DNA of 64,000 bases from the human T2T-CHM13v2.0 reference genome, Homo sapiens, in NCBI RefSeq assembly GCF_009914755.1, contig NC_060930.1. One strand, written 5' to 3'. Position numbers and translations under genes: made by a program. Of the stretch, positions 1 through 15,803 are shown piece after piece. Position 1 is the stretch's first letter, and each line of letters opens with the position of its first letter. A model generated the notes under the pieces. The model did no database searches. It was given only the letters and a program-made list of their open reading frames with translations, and was not told where the DNA came from.

Positions 1-10
1 TTGTTTTGCC

Positions 11-94
11 TTTTTTTTTTTGTGGTATAGATGGGGTCTCACAATGTTGCCCAGGCTGGTCTCCAACTCCCAGCCTCAAGAGATTCTCCTACCT
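11..94 (-). mobile_element. Alu fragment (monomer/partial)
   Basis: T-tract followed by reverse-complement Alu sequence GATGGGGTCTCAC..GTTGCCCAGGCTGGTCTC. Confidence 0.75.
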
Positions 95-210
95 GTTCTC
101 AAGGGCATTGTCGAAAACAACAGCAATTGGTGGCAAGTAATCAGGAATACCAAGTGTGGCTAACAGAATAGCAACCAAAAATTTAAAATGGAAATCTGCA
201 GAAGATACCT

Positions 211-1431
211 GATGGGGTTCAAGAAATACTACCCCAAAATATGGCACTTCAGCATTTGAGAAAACAGTATCGTGAGGTGCAAGAAACACAACTCCAAAAT
301 AAGGCATCTTGAAAATTGAGAAAATAGCAGAGGCAGAAAGTCCACTCTCATTTCTCCTTCACCCTTCATCCCTAAAGCAGGCTATAAAACCTAAAAGGGT
401 CACTCTGATGGCCGGGTGCAGTGGTTCATGCCTGTAATCCCAGCACTTTGGGAGGCCGAAGCAGGCGGATCACCAGGTCAGGAGATCAAGACCATCCTGT
501 CTAACACGGTGAAACCCCATCTACTAAAAATACAAAAAAAAAAAAAAAAAAAAAAAATTAGCCGGGCGTGGTGATGGGCGCCTGTACTCCCAGCTCCTCG
601 GGAGGCTGAGGCAGTAGAATGGCATGAACCCAGGAGGCAGAGCTTGCAGTGAGCTGAGGTCACGCCACTGCACTCCAGCCTGGGCAACAGAGCAAGACTC
701 CGTCTCAAAAAAAAAAAAAAAAAAAGTCACTCTGACTTTCTCCCTCCCTTCTCCCCTGAAGACCATCAGGTGACAGGTGAGCTCGCCTATACCCAGAGAG
801 AGGGAATGAAGGCACTGAAATGCCAAGAAAAATCTGAACAAACAGGACTTGCTAAGTTCCCTCCAGTTTATGTGTCACATAAAATTTATATTAAATAAAT
901 TTGCATGCCTTTCTATTGTTAATCTGTCTTTTGTTATAGGGGTCTCAGTCATGAACCTTGCAATGACTGAGAAATCTTCTCCCCCCTGTAAGCTGTAGTA
1001 GGAAGGTCTCTCTTACCTTCTCCTACCCTTCTCCCCTGAAGCAGGCCACAAAAGAATTCTCTGGCCTTTCTCTGAAGTAGGTCTTAAGGCCCTCATGTAC
1101 CCCACACACAGAGGCAAGGAATGTCGCACAGGGATACAGAGAAGACTGAACAAAAAGGTCTTGCTGAAATCTCTCCAGTTTATTACTATTAGATCATATC
1201 TCTCTTTATCCAATCAGACTTCTGCACAAATGTCCACTCTTCATTTAATGTAGCATAAAAATAGTTTTTCCAGTTTCTTTAGGTTTTAATTTCTGAAGGC
1301 TCCTGTGTCATGTAAAATTTATATGAAATAAATGTGTATGCTTTTCCTTTGTTAGTCTATCTTTTAATACAAATATCTCAGCCATGAACCTTGCAATAAG
1401 TGAGGAAAAGATAAATCTTTTCTGCCACTAT
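211..1431 (+). mobile_element. Two nested ERV1-class solo LTRs (MER34/MER39-like): outer 211-269 plus 991-1431, inner ~270-990
   Basis: Two LTR starts (TGATGGGGTTCAAGAAATACTACCCCAAAATATGGC; GTGAGGTGCAAGAAACACAACTCCAAAATAAGGC) and two LTR ends (AATAAA...TCTCAG.CATGAACCTTGCAAT). Confidence 0.7.
410..725 (+). mobile_element. AluY-like element with expanded A24 middle linker
   Basis: GAGATCAAGACCATCC, GAATGGCATGAACC, GAGCTTGCAGTGAG; TSD core GTCACTCTGA on both sides; poly(A) tail. Confidence 0.92.
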
Positions 1432-3820
1432 GCAGCCATTGGGGGCTTTGAAAAGTTCCAATATATTCCTGAGAATCTGAACAGATTACACATGCACCAG
1501 GTTACATGCATGCTTAGGAAAGACCAGAAAAGTCCTCAGCTGCCTACTTATCAATTGTAGACCACGAGATCCTGTACACCCTGAGCAGACTATGAAGTGA
1601 AACCACAGGCAGACTTGTAAACTGCCTGAACTTTGAATGTGTGCCCTAATATACATACAGATTTCTCAGCAAAAGTGGAAGCCTTATGGGTTCAAAATGT
1701 TTGAACCCATAAGAAAACTTTTAATCACTGGCTGACCATTAAAACTTGCTGCCCCAGGGGTAATCACTAAAAAGCCATGTTTAAGCATAATAACAACTAT
1801 TAAATTAAAAAAAATTATTAAATTAAATTTAGAAAAAAACTTGAGCAGAGACTTCAGTGGTTATATACAGAAAGGCAGACAGATTTTATGGAATTAGTAA
1901 TTTCACTAAATAAACAAGAATATGAGAAACAACATCCCTAGAGGTGACAGAGATTCTGAGAGTTGCTAAAATATATTATCTAAAGGTTCCATGCTCATGG
2001 AGGGTAGAATCAGTATTGTGAAAATGACCATACTGCCAAAAGCAATCTACTAATTCAATGCAATTCCCATCAAAATACCATCATCATTCTTCACAGAACT
2101 AGAAAAAACAATCCTAAATTTCATATGGAACCAAAAAGAAGGCTGCATAGACAAAGGGAGACTAAGCAAAATGAACAAATCTGGTGGCAACACAGTACCC
2201 AACTTCAAATTATACTATTAATACATGGCTGTATTCACCAAAACAGCAGGGTACTGGTATAAAAATGGCACATAGACCCACGCAATAGCATAGAGAGCCC
2301 AGAAATAAAGCCAAATACAGCCAACTGATCTTCGACAAAACAAACAAAAACATAAAGTGGGGAAAGGACACCCTATTCAACAAATGGTGCTGGGATAATT
2401 GGCAAGCTACACGTAGAAGAATGAAACTGGATCCTTATCTCTTACCTTATACAAAAATCAACTCAAGATGGATCAAAGACTTAAATCTAAGACCTGAAAC
2501 CATAAAGATTCTAGAGGATAACCTTGGAAAAAACTCTTCTTAGACACTGACTTAGGGAAAGACTTCATGACCAAAAACCCAAAAGCAAATGCAACAAAAA
2601 CAAAGGTAAATAGATGGGACTTAATTAAGCCAAAAAGCTTCTGCACAGCAAAAGAAATAATCAGCAGAGTAAACAGACAACACACAGAATGGGAGAAAAT
2701 ATTAGCAAACTCTGCATATAACAAAGGACTAATATCCAGAATCTACAAGGAACTCAAACAAATCAGCAAGAAAAATACAAATAATCCCATCAAAAAATGG
2801 GCTAAAAACATGAATAGATAATTCTCAAAAGAATATATACAAATGATCAACAAACATATGAAAAAAATGTTCAACATCACTAATGATCAGGGGAATGCAA
2901 ATCAAAACCACAATGAGATACCATGCCACTTTACTCCTTCTAGAATGGCCATAATCAAAAAATCAAAAAGTAATAGATGCTGTCGTGGATGTGGTGAAAA
3001 GGGAACACTTTTACACTGCTGGTGGGAATGTAAACTGTACAACCACTATGGAAAACAGTGTGGAGATTCCTTAAAGAACTGAAAGTAGATCTACCATTTG
3101 ATCTAGCAATCCCACTCCTGGGTATCTACCCAGAGGAAAATAAGTCATTATATGAAAAAGATACTTGCATATGCATGTTTATAGCAGCACAATTCACAAT
3201 TGCAAAAATATGAAACCAGTGCCAATGCTCATCAATCAATGAGTGGATAAAGAAAATGTATAGGTACATCATGGAATACTCCTCAGCCATAAAAAGAAAC
3301 AAAATAATGCAGCATTTGCATTTGCATTATTTGCATTTGCAGCAACCTGGGTGGAACTGGAGACCATTATTCTATGTGAAGTAACTCAGGAATGAAAAAC
3401 CAAACATTGTATGTTTTCACTTACAAGTGGGAGCTAAGCTATGAAGACACAAAGGCATGAGAATGACACAGTGGACTTTGGGGACATGGAGGGAAGGCTG
3501 GGATGGGGTGAGGGATAAAAGAGTATACATTGGGGAAAGTGTACACTGCGTGGGTGATTGGGTATACCAAAATATCAGAAATCATCACTAAATAACTTAT
3601 CCATGTAAGCAAACATTACAAGTTTCCCCAAAACCAATTGAAATTAAAAAAAAGTTCCAGTCTTAAACAACAACAAAATTACCAGATATGCAAAGAAAGA
3701 GAAAAAATCTACAGCCCACACACAGGAAAAAAGGCAATCAACAAAAAGTGTCTCAGAGAGAGCTCAGATGTTGGACTTAGGAGACAAAGGCTTTAAATAA
3801 GGTATTATAAACATAGAATT
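1432..3820 (+). mobile_element. Old L1M 5'-region fragment interrupted by the L1PB insertion
   Basis: L1M-type sequence resumes after the L1PB (AAATTACCAGATATGCAAAGAAA...CAGATGTTGGACTTAG...ACAAAGGCTTTAAA). Confidence 0.55.
1992..3652 (+). mobile_element. 5'-truncated L1PB (L1PB2-like), ORF2 3' part and 3'UTR
   Basis: ORF2 C-terminal peptide ([25 protein letters not shown]); L1PB-type 3'UTR GGGGTGAGGGATAAAAG; A tail; degraded TSD AAA.GTTCCA. Confidence 0.9.
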
Positions 3821-5039
3821 GAAAGATGTATTTGAGTGTATTTCACAAAGACCTAAAACAAATACAATTGTCTTTCTAAAACGTAAAGAATATATTAATA
3901 ACATGAGATATACCTTAGGTAAACATAGAAGTTCACCCTAAAAATAAAAGATATTGATTTAAATTGTTTAAATGATTTCTTTGATAATGTTTTTCCTTTT
4001 TAAAATCCTTCTTATTATGGACTCAATCTTTTATCAATTCTTCCTAGAGAGAAATCAGATAATGGTACCATATTTTATAATTTGAAGACAAAGTTTATAT
4101 CAGTCTTTTATCTCATTTCTAGACATATGTAAAAGTACATTAAATTAAATAAAGCAATGTTTCCAGCAATGTTCACTTAGAAAAATCAAGATTTTTTTCT
4201 TAAAAAAGAATTGGAACATAGAAGGTATTGTGATGACACAAAACCCAACAGAGCCTGACAAAACTAACTAAACTAAAAAAACAAAAAACAAAAAAACAAA
4301 ACAAAAAAAACCTAATAGAGCCTGACAAAGTGAAATGCTAAACTAAGCTTTAGGCTTCTACCTTGAGGAGGACTCAGAGTTGAGAGGATGGCAGTATTTA
4401 TTTTGCTGTTCAGTGTAACTCATAGTTTTTCAGTAGTCATGTGTCTCATTGAGACAAAACAAAGAATGCTTGGACAAATGATAACCACATATTTTGCAGG
4501 GCCTGGAATATAAAGTTTAATTATTGGGTCTGTGAACAGAGGCAGTTACTTTGAAAACCTGGATTTGTGAAAGACTGCCATTTCTGCAGACAAACTGCTG
4601 GGAAAGCCACAGTGTGAGGGGGAAAATGTCACTTCAGTCAGTAGGATCAAAAACAAGAAAAAAGAAAAATCTAGGACAAAGAATTGCTTAAGTAAACACA
4701 GCAAAGGCAGTTCCAGAGAGAACTAACATATCAATGTGACGGTTACTACGTGAAAATGTTGACAATTTTAGTTATACACATGAAACAATGCCAATTAGAG
4801 AGTGATATAAGTTAGTTATCTAAGTTAAAAGTATCTTTTTAGACACACGAATGTGAGAAAATTATGGGGTGCTTATTTTTTTAACTTTAACGTGCATTAG
4901 TGGATTATTTTGATAGAAAACAGATTCCATTTTAAACTCCTTATTATTGGAAAGAGTAAGACAAGAGATGAAGCAAGATGAAACTAAAATAATCCATGTG
5001 AGATCAGAGCCTCCAAACCTAAAACAAACCCTCACACCA

Positions 5040-5900
5040 GACTCTTAGTCCTAGAAATTATGCACATTTTTGGCAGTTTAGCAATTGATTTCTTATAGTC
5101 AAGGTTTTGTACCTTAGTTTCCTCATCTGGAAAACAGAAACACTAATAACTATAATTTATATTCACTATTTAAACTCTTATTTATACATTCAACAAATAT
5201 ATACTGAACACCTTCTATATTCTAAGGAATATGCTATGCATACAATTGCTGTAAAGATTAAAATAATGGATGCAAAGTACTTAGTACAGTGTCTGGCATA
5301 AAATACTGTTATATTATACAGAGTGATTTTCAGTTTGGGGATACACCCTGGCGAGGCCCTTATCAGAAGTACCTGTGGGGCTCTTTGAAATCTTACATAC
5401 TGGTTTTAAGATTCCAACCCTTCCTACTAAAAGGAGCGTTCAGCTATTGTTGAGAAACACTGCACTACAGTATAACTTCAGCTCCCTTTCCAGGTTCATT
5501 ATGATTCATTATCCCTTCCCCTGCCCCATCATTTTTAGCTCTAGCCAAACTCACTACGCATTATTTACTAGTCTATGAAGTTGCTCATATGAACACCTAT
5601 CTGCTCCTTTTGGCTTTGAACGTTTTCCCTCTCCACTTACCCATCTTTCCATGTGAAATCTTATTCATCCAGTAAGATCTACCCGAATTGCAAGTGTTTT
5701 ATAAAGCTGTTTTTGATGCTTTAAGTAGGTCTGATCGCTCTCTTGGTTGACTATTTAAGCACTTTGTACCTTTTTCTTTATGACACTTATATTTATAATA
5801 TAGGTGTAAGATAGGAAGCATCAGGAGGATAAGATCTGAGTCTTACTAATCTTTGCTTTCCTTTCCTTCATAGTATTTTCTACATAGCATAGAACCAAGT
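5040..5900. mobile_element. Cluster of ancient MIR, MER5-like and L2 fragments
   Basis: MIR core CCTTAGTTTCCTCATCTGGAAAA and AAAGTACTTAGTACAGTGTCTGGCATA; L2 tail ATTCAACAAATATATACTGAAC; MER5-like end GTTGAGAAACACTG. Confidence 0.55.
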
Positions 5901-5949
5901 TTTGGTATACAGTACTGGAATATACTCTATTCAGAAATTAGGGATTGTT

Positions 5950-8417
5950 CCCTGATGAACATTGGTGCAAAAATCCTCAATAAAGTACTGGCAAATCGAA
6001 TCCAAAAGCACATCAAAAAGCTTATCCACCATGATCAAGTCAGCTTCATCCTTGGGATGCAAGGTTGGCTCAACATATGCAAATCAATAAATGTAATTCA
6101 TCACATAAACAGAACTAAAGACAAAAACCATATGATTATTTCAATAGATGCAGAAAAGGCCTTTGATAAAATTCAACATCCTTTCATGTTAAAAACTCCC
6201 AATAAACTAGGTATTGAAGGAATATACCTCAAAATAATAAGAGCCATATATAAGAAACCCACAGCCAATATCATACTGAATGGGCAAAAGCTGGAAGCAT
6301 TCCCCAGAAAACCAGCACAAGACAAGGATGCCCTCTCTAATCACTCCTATTCAACATTGTATTGGAAGTTATGGTCAGGGCAATCAGGCAAGAGAAAGAA
6401 ATAAAGCATACTCAAATAGGGAGAGAGGAAGTCAAATTATCTTTGTTTGCAGATGACATAATCCTACATCTAAAAAAGCCCATCGTCTCAGTTCAAAAGC
6501 TTCTTAAACTGATAAGCAACTTCAGCAAATTCTCAGGTTATAAAATATTGATTTTAAAATGAAAAAATCACTAGTATTCCTATACAACAACAACAGGCAA
6601 GCAGAGAGCCAAATCATAAATGAACACCCATTCACAATTGCCACAAAAAGAATAAAATACCTGGGAATATAGCTAACAAGGGAAGTGAAGGATCTCTTTG
6701 AGGAGAACTATCAACCACTGCTCAAGGAAATTACAGAGGACATAAACAAATGGAATAACATTCCATGCTCATAGATAGGAAGAATCAATATCGTGAAAAT
6801 GGCCATAGTACCCAAAGTAATTTATGAATTCAATGCTATTCCCATTAAACTACCATTGACATTCTTTACAGAATTAGAAAAAAAACTATTTTAAAATTCA
6901 TATGGAACCAAAAAAGAGCCCGTATAGCCAAGACAATCCTAAGCAAAAAGAACAAAGCTGAAGGCATCATGCTACCTGACTTCAAACTATATTACAAGGA
7001 TACAGTAACCAAAACAGCAAGGTACTGGCACAAAAACAGATGCATAGACTAATGGAACAGAATAGAGATCTCAGAAATAAGACCACACACCCTACAACCA
7101 TCTGATATTTGACAAAACTGACAAAAACAAGCAATGGGGAAAAGATTCCCTATTTAATAAATGGTGCTGGGAGAACTGGCTGGCCATATGCAGAAAACTG
7201 AAACTGTACCCTTCCCTTACACCTTATATAAAAATTAATTCAAGATGGATTAAAAACTTAACTGTAAAACCCAAAACTATACTAGATGAAAATCTAAGCA
7301 ATAGCATTCTGGACACAGGCATGGGCAAAGATTTCATGACAAAACCACCAAAAGCAGCTTCAACAAAAGCCAAAATTGACAAATGGGATCTAATTAAACT
7401 AAAGAGCTTCTGTACTGCAAAGGAAACTATCATCAGAGTGAACAGACAACCTAACCTACAGAATGGGAGAAAATTTTGCAATCTATCCATGAGATAAAGG
7501 TCTAATATCCAGAGTCTACAAGGAACTTGAACAAATTTACAAGAAAAAAATACACAACCCCATTAAAAAGTGGGCAAAGGACGTGAACAGACACTTCTGA
7601 AAAGAAGACATTCTTGTGGCAAACAAACATATGAAAAAAGGATCAACATCACTGATCATTAGAGAAGTGTAAATCAAAACCACAATGAGATACTATCTCA
7701 TGCCAGTCAGAATGGTGATTATTAAAATGTCAAGAAACAAGATGCTGCCAAGGCTATGGAGAAATAGGAACGCTTTAACACTGTTGGTGGGGATGTAAAT
7801 TAGTTTGACCATAGTGGAAGACAGCATGGCAATTCCTCAAAGATCAAGAAGCAGAAACACCATTTGACCCAGCAATGCCATTACTGGGTATATACTCAAA
7901 GGAATATAAATCATTCAATTATAAAGATACATGCATGTTTATGTTCACTGCAGCACTACTCACAATAGCAAAGATATGGAATCAATCCAAATGCCCATCA
8001 ATTATACACTGGATAAAGAAAATGTGGTACATATACACCATGGAATACTATGCTGCCATAAAAAGGAATAAGAACATGTCCTTTGCAGGGACATAGATGG
8101 AGCTGCAAGCCGTTATCCTCAGCAAACTAATGTAGGAAGAGCTAACCAAAAACTGCATGTTCTCATTTATAAGTGGGAGCCAAACGATGAGAACACGTAG
8201 AAACACTGTGGGGAACAACACATGGGGCCTTTTAGAGGGGGCAGGGAGAGGGAGAGCATCAGGAAGAATAGCTAATGCATGCTGGGCTTAATACCTAGCT
8301 GATGGGTTGATCTGTGCAGCAAACCACCATGGCACAAGTTTACCTATGTAACAAACCTGCACGTCCTGCACATGTACACCGGAACTTAAAATAAAAGTTG
8401 AAGAAACAAACAAAAAA
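5950..8417 (+). mobile_element. 5'-truncated L1PA (about L1PA12-13), RT domain to 3' end
   Basis: ORF2 peptides ([31 protein letters not shown]; SLFADD); 17-bp TSD AGAAATTAGGGATTGTT at 5933-5949 and 8418-8434. Confidence 0.95.
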
Positions 8418-9238
8418 AGAAATTAGGGATTGTTTATGCTTTTAAAAACAATTTCTTACAATGTAGATTGATAATCTTTATTATAAGCTTTTGCAATATG
8501 TGTATAGTTCTAAAATCCATTATATGACTATATATATCAATATCAGACTAATATTTTATGTGATACTTATGAATAACATAATTCTAGTCATGATATCTTT
8601 GAAAATGATACCATTGTTCTGAGCTGTAAATTCAGAGTTACACCCCAAAATCAACTGTGGTACAGCCAGTTTTTTATCCATAAGCTGTTTTTTTTTTTTT
8701 TTTTTTGGCAAAGACTCAAATTCTAATTGAAAGGTATTAAATTGGGTGATGTGTTATATGAACACTTACACACTAAAACACACACTATTAAAATTAGTGT
8801 TATTTAATATCCAAATTTTCTTGATATTAGACATTATCCAGTATCAATTCACTTTTAAACACAAAGTAAACAAATTTTTATATGAATATACACCTTATCT
8901 AGTATTTACACTGGCGTCTGATATGGCAAAGGATACAGATGCCTCTTTTACGTGAATTATTTCAATTCAGTCCATAATAAAGTTGTTGTAATACTGTTGG
9001 GAAAAGTTATTACATTCATCTTAGAAAGTAATTTACAAAGTAACACAAATAACATTTGAAAAAGTTGAAATAATAAAAATTATAAATCTACACTGTACTA
9101 AATTCTAGTTTTCAAGGCATAAATCCAGAGCATTATAAATATCATAAAATTATAATTCTGAGACACTAACAAATATTACAGCCAAGACACACTAAATGGA
9201 GCATCAAAGCGGATCAGCCTTCTAAAGAGTACACTGTA

Positions 9239-10145
9239 GGGGTGAGGAGCCAAGATGGCCGAATAGGAACAGCTCCGGTCTACAGCTCCCAGCGTGAGCG
9301 ACGCAGAAGACGGGTGATTTCTGCATTTCCATCTGAGGTACCGGGTGCATCTCACTAGGGAGTGCCAGACAGTGGGCGCAGGCCAGTGAGTGCGCGCACC
9401 ATGCGCGAGCCGAAGCAGGGCGAGGCATTGCCTCACCTGGGAAGCAAGAGGGGTCAGGAAGTTCCCTTTCCGAGTCAAAGAAAGGGGTGACGGACGCACC
9501 TGGAAAATCGGGTCACTCCCACCCGAATATTGCGCTTTTCAGACGGGCTTAAAAAGCGGCGAACCATGAGATTATATCTCACACCTGGCTTGGAGGGTCC
9601 TACGCCCACGGAGTCTCCCTGATTGCTAGCACAGCAGTCTGAGATCAAACTGCAAGGCGGCAGCGAGGCTGGGGGAGGGGCGCCTGCCATTGCCCAGGCT
9701 TGCTTAGGTAAACAAAGCAGAAAGGAAACTCGAACTGGGTGGAGCCCACCACAGCTCAAGGAGACCTGCCTGCCTCTGTAGGCTCCACCTCTGGGGGCAG
9801 GGCACAGACAAACAAAAAGACAGCAGTAACCTCTGCAGACTTAAGTGTCCCTGTCTGACAGCTTTGAAGAGACCAGTGGTTCTCCCAGCACGCAGCTGGA
9901 GATCTGAGAACAGGCAGACTGCCTCCTCAACTGGGTCCCTGACCCCTGACCCCCGAGCAGCCTAACTGGGAGGCACCCCCCAGCAGGGGCACACTGACAC
10001 CTCACACGGCAGGGTATTCCAACAGACCTGCAGCTGAGGGTCCTGTCTGTTAGAAGGAAAACTAACAACCAGAAAGGACATCCACACCGAAAACCCATCT
10101 GTACATCACCATCATCAAAGACCAAAAGTACATAAAACCACAAAG
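9239..10145. promoter_or_regulatory. L1 5'UTR with internal sense promoter (YY1 site 9251-9261) and antisense promoter
   Basis: Intact CAAGATGGCCG YY1 motif; the most CpG-rich segment of the window. Confidence 0.85.
9475..9690 (-). CDS. LINE-1 ORF0, intact 71 aa
   Basis: ATG at 9690-9688; MAGAPPPASLPPCSLISDCCASNQGDSVGVGPSKPGVRYNLMVRRFLSPSEKRNIRVGVTRFSRCVRHPFL matches primate L1 ORF0. Confidence 0.85.
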   Translation of the reverse strand: MAGAPPPASLPPCSLISDCCASNQGDSVGVGPSKPGVRYNLMVRRFLSPSEKRNIRVGVTRFSRCVRHPFL

Positions 10146-11161
10146 ATGGGGAAAAAACAGAACAGAAACTGGAAACTCTAAAATGCAGAGCGTCTCTCCT
10201 CCTCCAAAGGAAGGCAGCTCCTCACCAGCAACGGAACAAAGCTGGACGGAGAATGACTTTGACGAGCTGAGAGAAGAAGGCTTCAGACGATCAAATTACT
10301 CTGAGCTACGGGGAGGACATTCAAACCAAAGGCAAAGAAGTTGAAAACTTTGAAAAAAATTTAGAAGAATGTATAACTAGAATAACCAATACAGAAAAGT
10401 GCTTAAAGGAGCTGATGGAGCTGAAAACCAAGGCTCAAGAACTTCGTGAAGAATGCAGAAGCCTCAGGAGCCAATGCGATCAACTGGAAGAAAGGGTATC
10501 AGCAATGGAAGATGAAATGAATGAAATGAAGCGAGAAGGGAAGGTTAGAGAAAAAAGAGTAAAAAGAAATGAGCAAAGCCTCCAAGAAATATGGGACTAT
10601 GTGAAAAGACCAAATCTACGTCTGATTGGTGTACCTGAAAGTGACAGGGAGAATGGAACCAAGTTGGAAAACACTCTGCAGGATATTATCCAGGAGAACT
10701 TCCCCAATCTAGCAAGGCAGGCCAACGTTCAGATTCAGGAAATACAGAGAACACCACAAAGATACTCCTCAAGAAGAGCAACTCCAAGACACATAATTGT
10801 CAGATTCACCAAAGTTGAAATGAAGGAAAAAATGTTAAGGGCAGCCAGAGAGAAAGGTCGGGTTACCCTCAAAGGGAAGCCCATCAGACTAACAGCTGAT
10901 CTCTCGGCAGAAACCCTACAAGCCAGAAGAGAATGGGGGCCAATATTCAACATTCTTAAAGAAAAGAATTTTCAACCCAGAATTTCATATCCAGCCAAAC
11001 TAAGCTTCATAAGTGAAGGAGAAATAAAATACTTCACAGACAAGCAAATGCTGAGAGATTTTGTCACCACTAGGCCTGCCCTAAAAGAGCTCCTGAAGGA
11101 AGCGCTAAACATGGAAAGGAACAACTGGTACCAGCCGCTGCAAAATCATGCCAAAATGTAA
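10146..11161 (+). pseudogene. L1 ORF1 (RNA-binding p40), frameshifted
   Basis: ATG GGG AAA AAA CAG at 10146; -2 near 10168 and +1 near 10311 relative to consensus; C-terminal 248 aa open. Confidence 0.93.
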
Positions 11162-11224
11162 AGACCATCGAGGCTAGGAAGAAACTGCATCAACTAATGA
11201 GCAAAATCACCAGCTAACATCATA

Positions 11225-15051
<3,827 letters not shown>

Positions 15052-15274
15052 ACAATGAGATCACATGGACACAGGAAGGGGAATATCACACTCTGGGGAC
15101 TGTGGTGGGGTGGGGGGAGGGGGGAGGGATAGCATTGGGAGATATACCTAATGCTAGATGACGAGTTAGTGGGTGCAGCACACCAGCATGGCACATGTAT
15201 ACATATGTAACTAACCTGCACAATGTGCACATGTACCCTAAAACTTAAAGTATAATAAAAAAATAAAAAAAAAA

Positions 15275-15803
15275 GATAGGGATGGGTAGAGATAAGGATA
15301 GGGGTAATCTCCTAAAATAAATTTCATTTCTGAAATCGGTACTAATAGCAAGTTGATTGAAAACATAACATGATTTGTTTTATTCCACTTTATTTTTGGC
15401 AATCATAAGATACTGACTAGTTTAGAATCAATGTATATATTTTTTCCCTCTGAGCCCAGGCTTAGTGAATTGCTGTCAAACATCAACTTTGTTACTGTCA
15501 CTGTGTAGATCATGTAGCTAGTGTGCTTGGCTCCTCATAGTGTGTGGACTTCACACTCATTTTGCCTCTTCAGTCTCAGTCTCCCAATTGTAACATGTTG
15601 CCACACTTTAACCAGCTTAACCTGGGCTTTCAAGATCATGTGAACACAGTATGAATTACTAATCAGTAGAATGTTCGTTCCATTGATGTCACTACTTATC
15701 CCTTGATTATAAAACCCCCTTAAACATTCTATTAAAAAACAAAATGCTTGCTTGTGGAGTTTTACTTTGCAAAAAAAAAAAAATAAAAAAAATAAAATAA
15801 AAT
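15275..15803 (+). other. L1-mediated 3' transduction (~496 bp) with second poly(A) tail
   Basis: TSD AAAGAGTACACTGTA at 9224-9238 recurs at 15804-15818 after a second A tail (15771-15803); ATTAAA at 15731. Confidence 0.93.

Noticed and set aside
478-841. ORF-track peptides such as [11 protein letters not shown] and [15 protein letters not shown] (also at 17311, 39266, 48035, 52865, 57860, 60285)
   Set aside because: Translations of Alu sequence, not genes.
15095-15130. G-quadruplex motif
   Set aside because: Standard G-rich tract of the L1 3'UTR; not novel.
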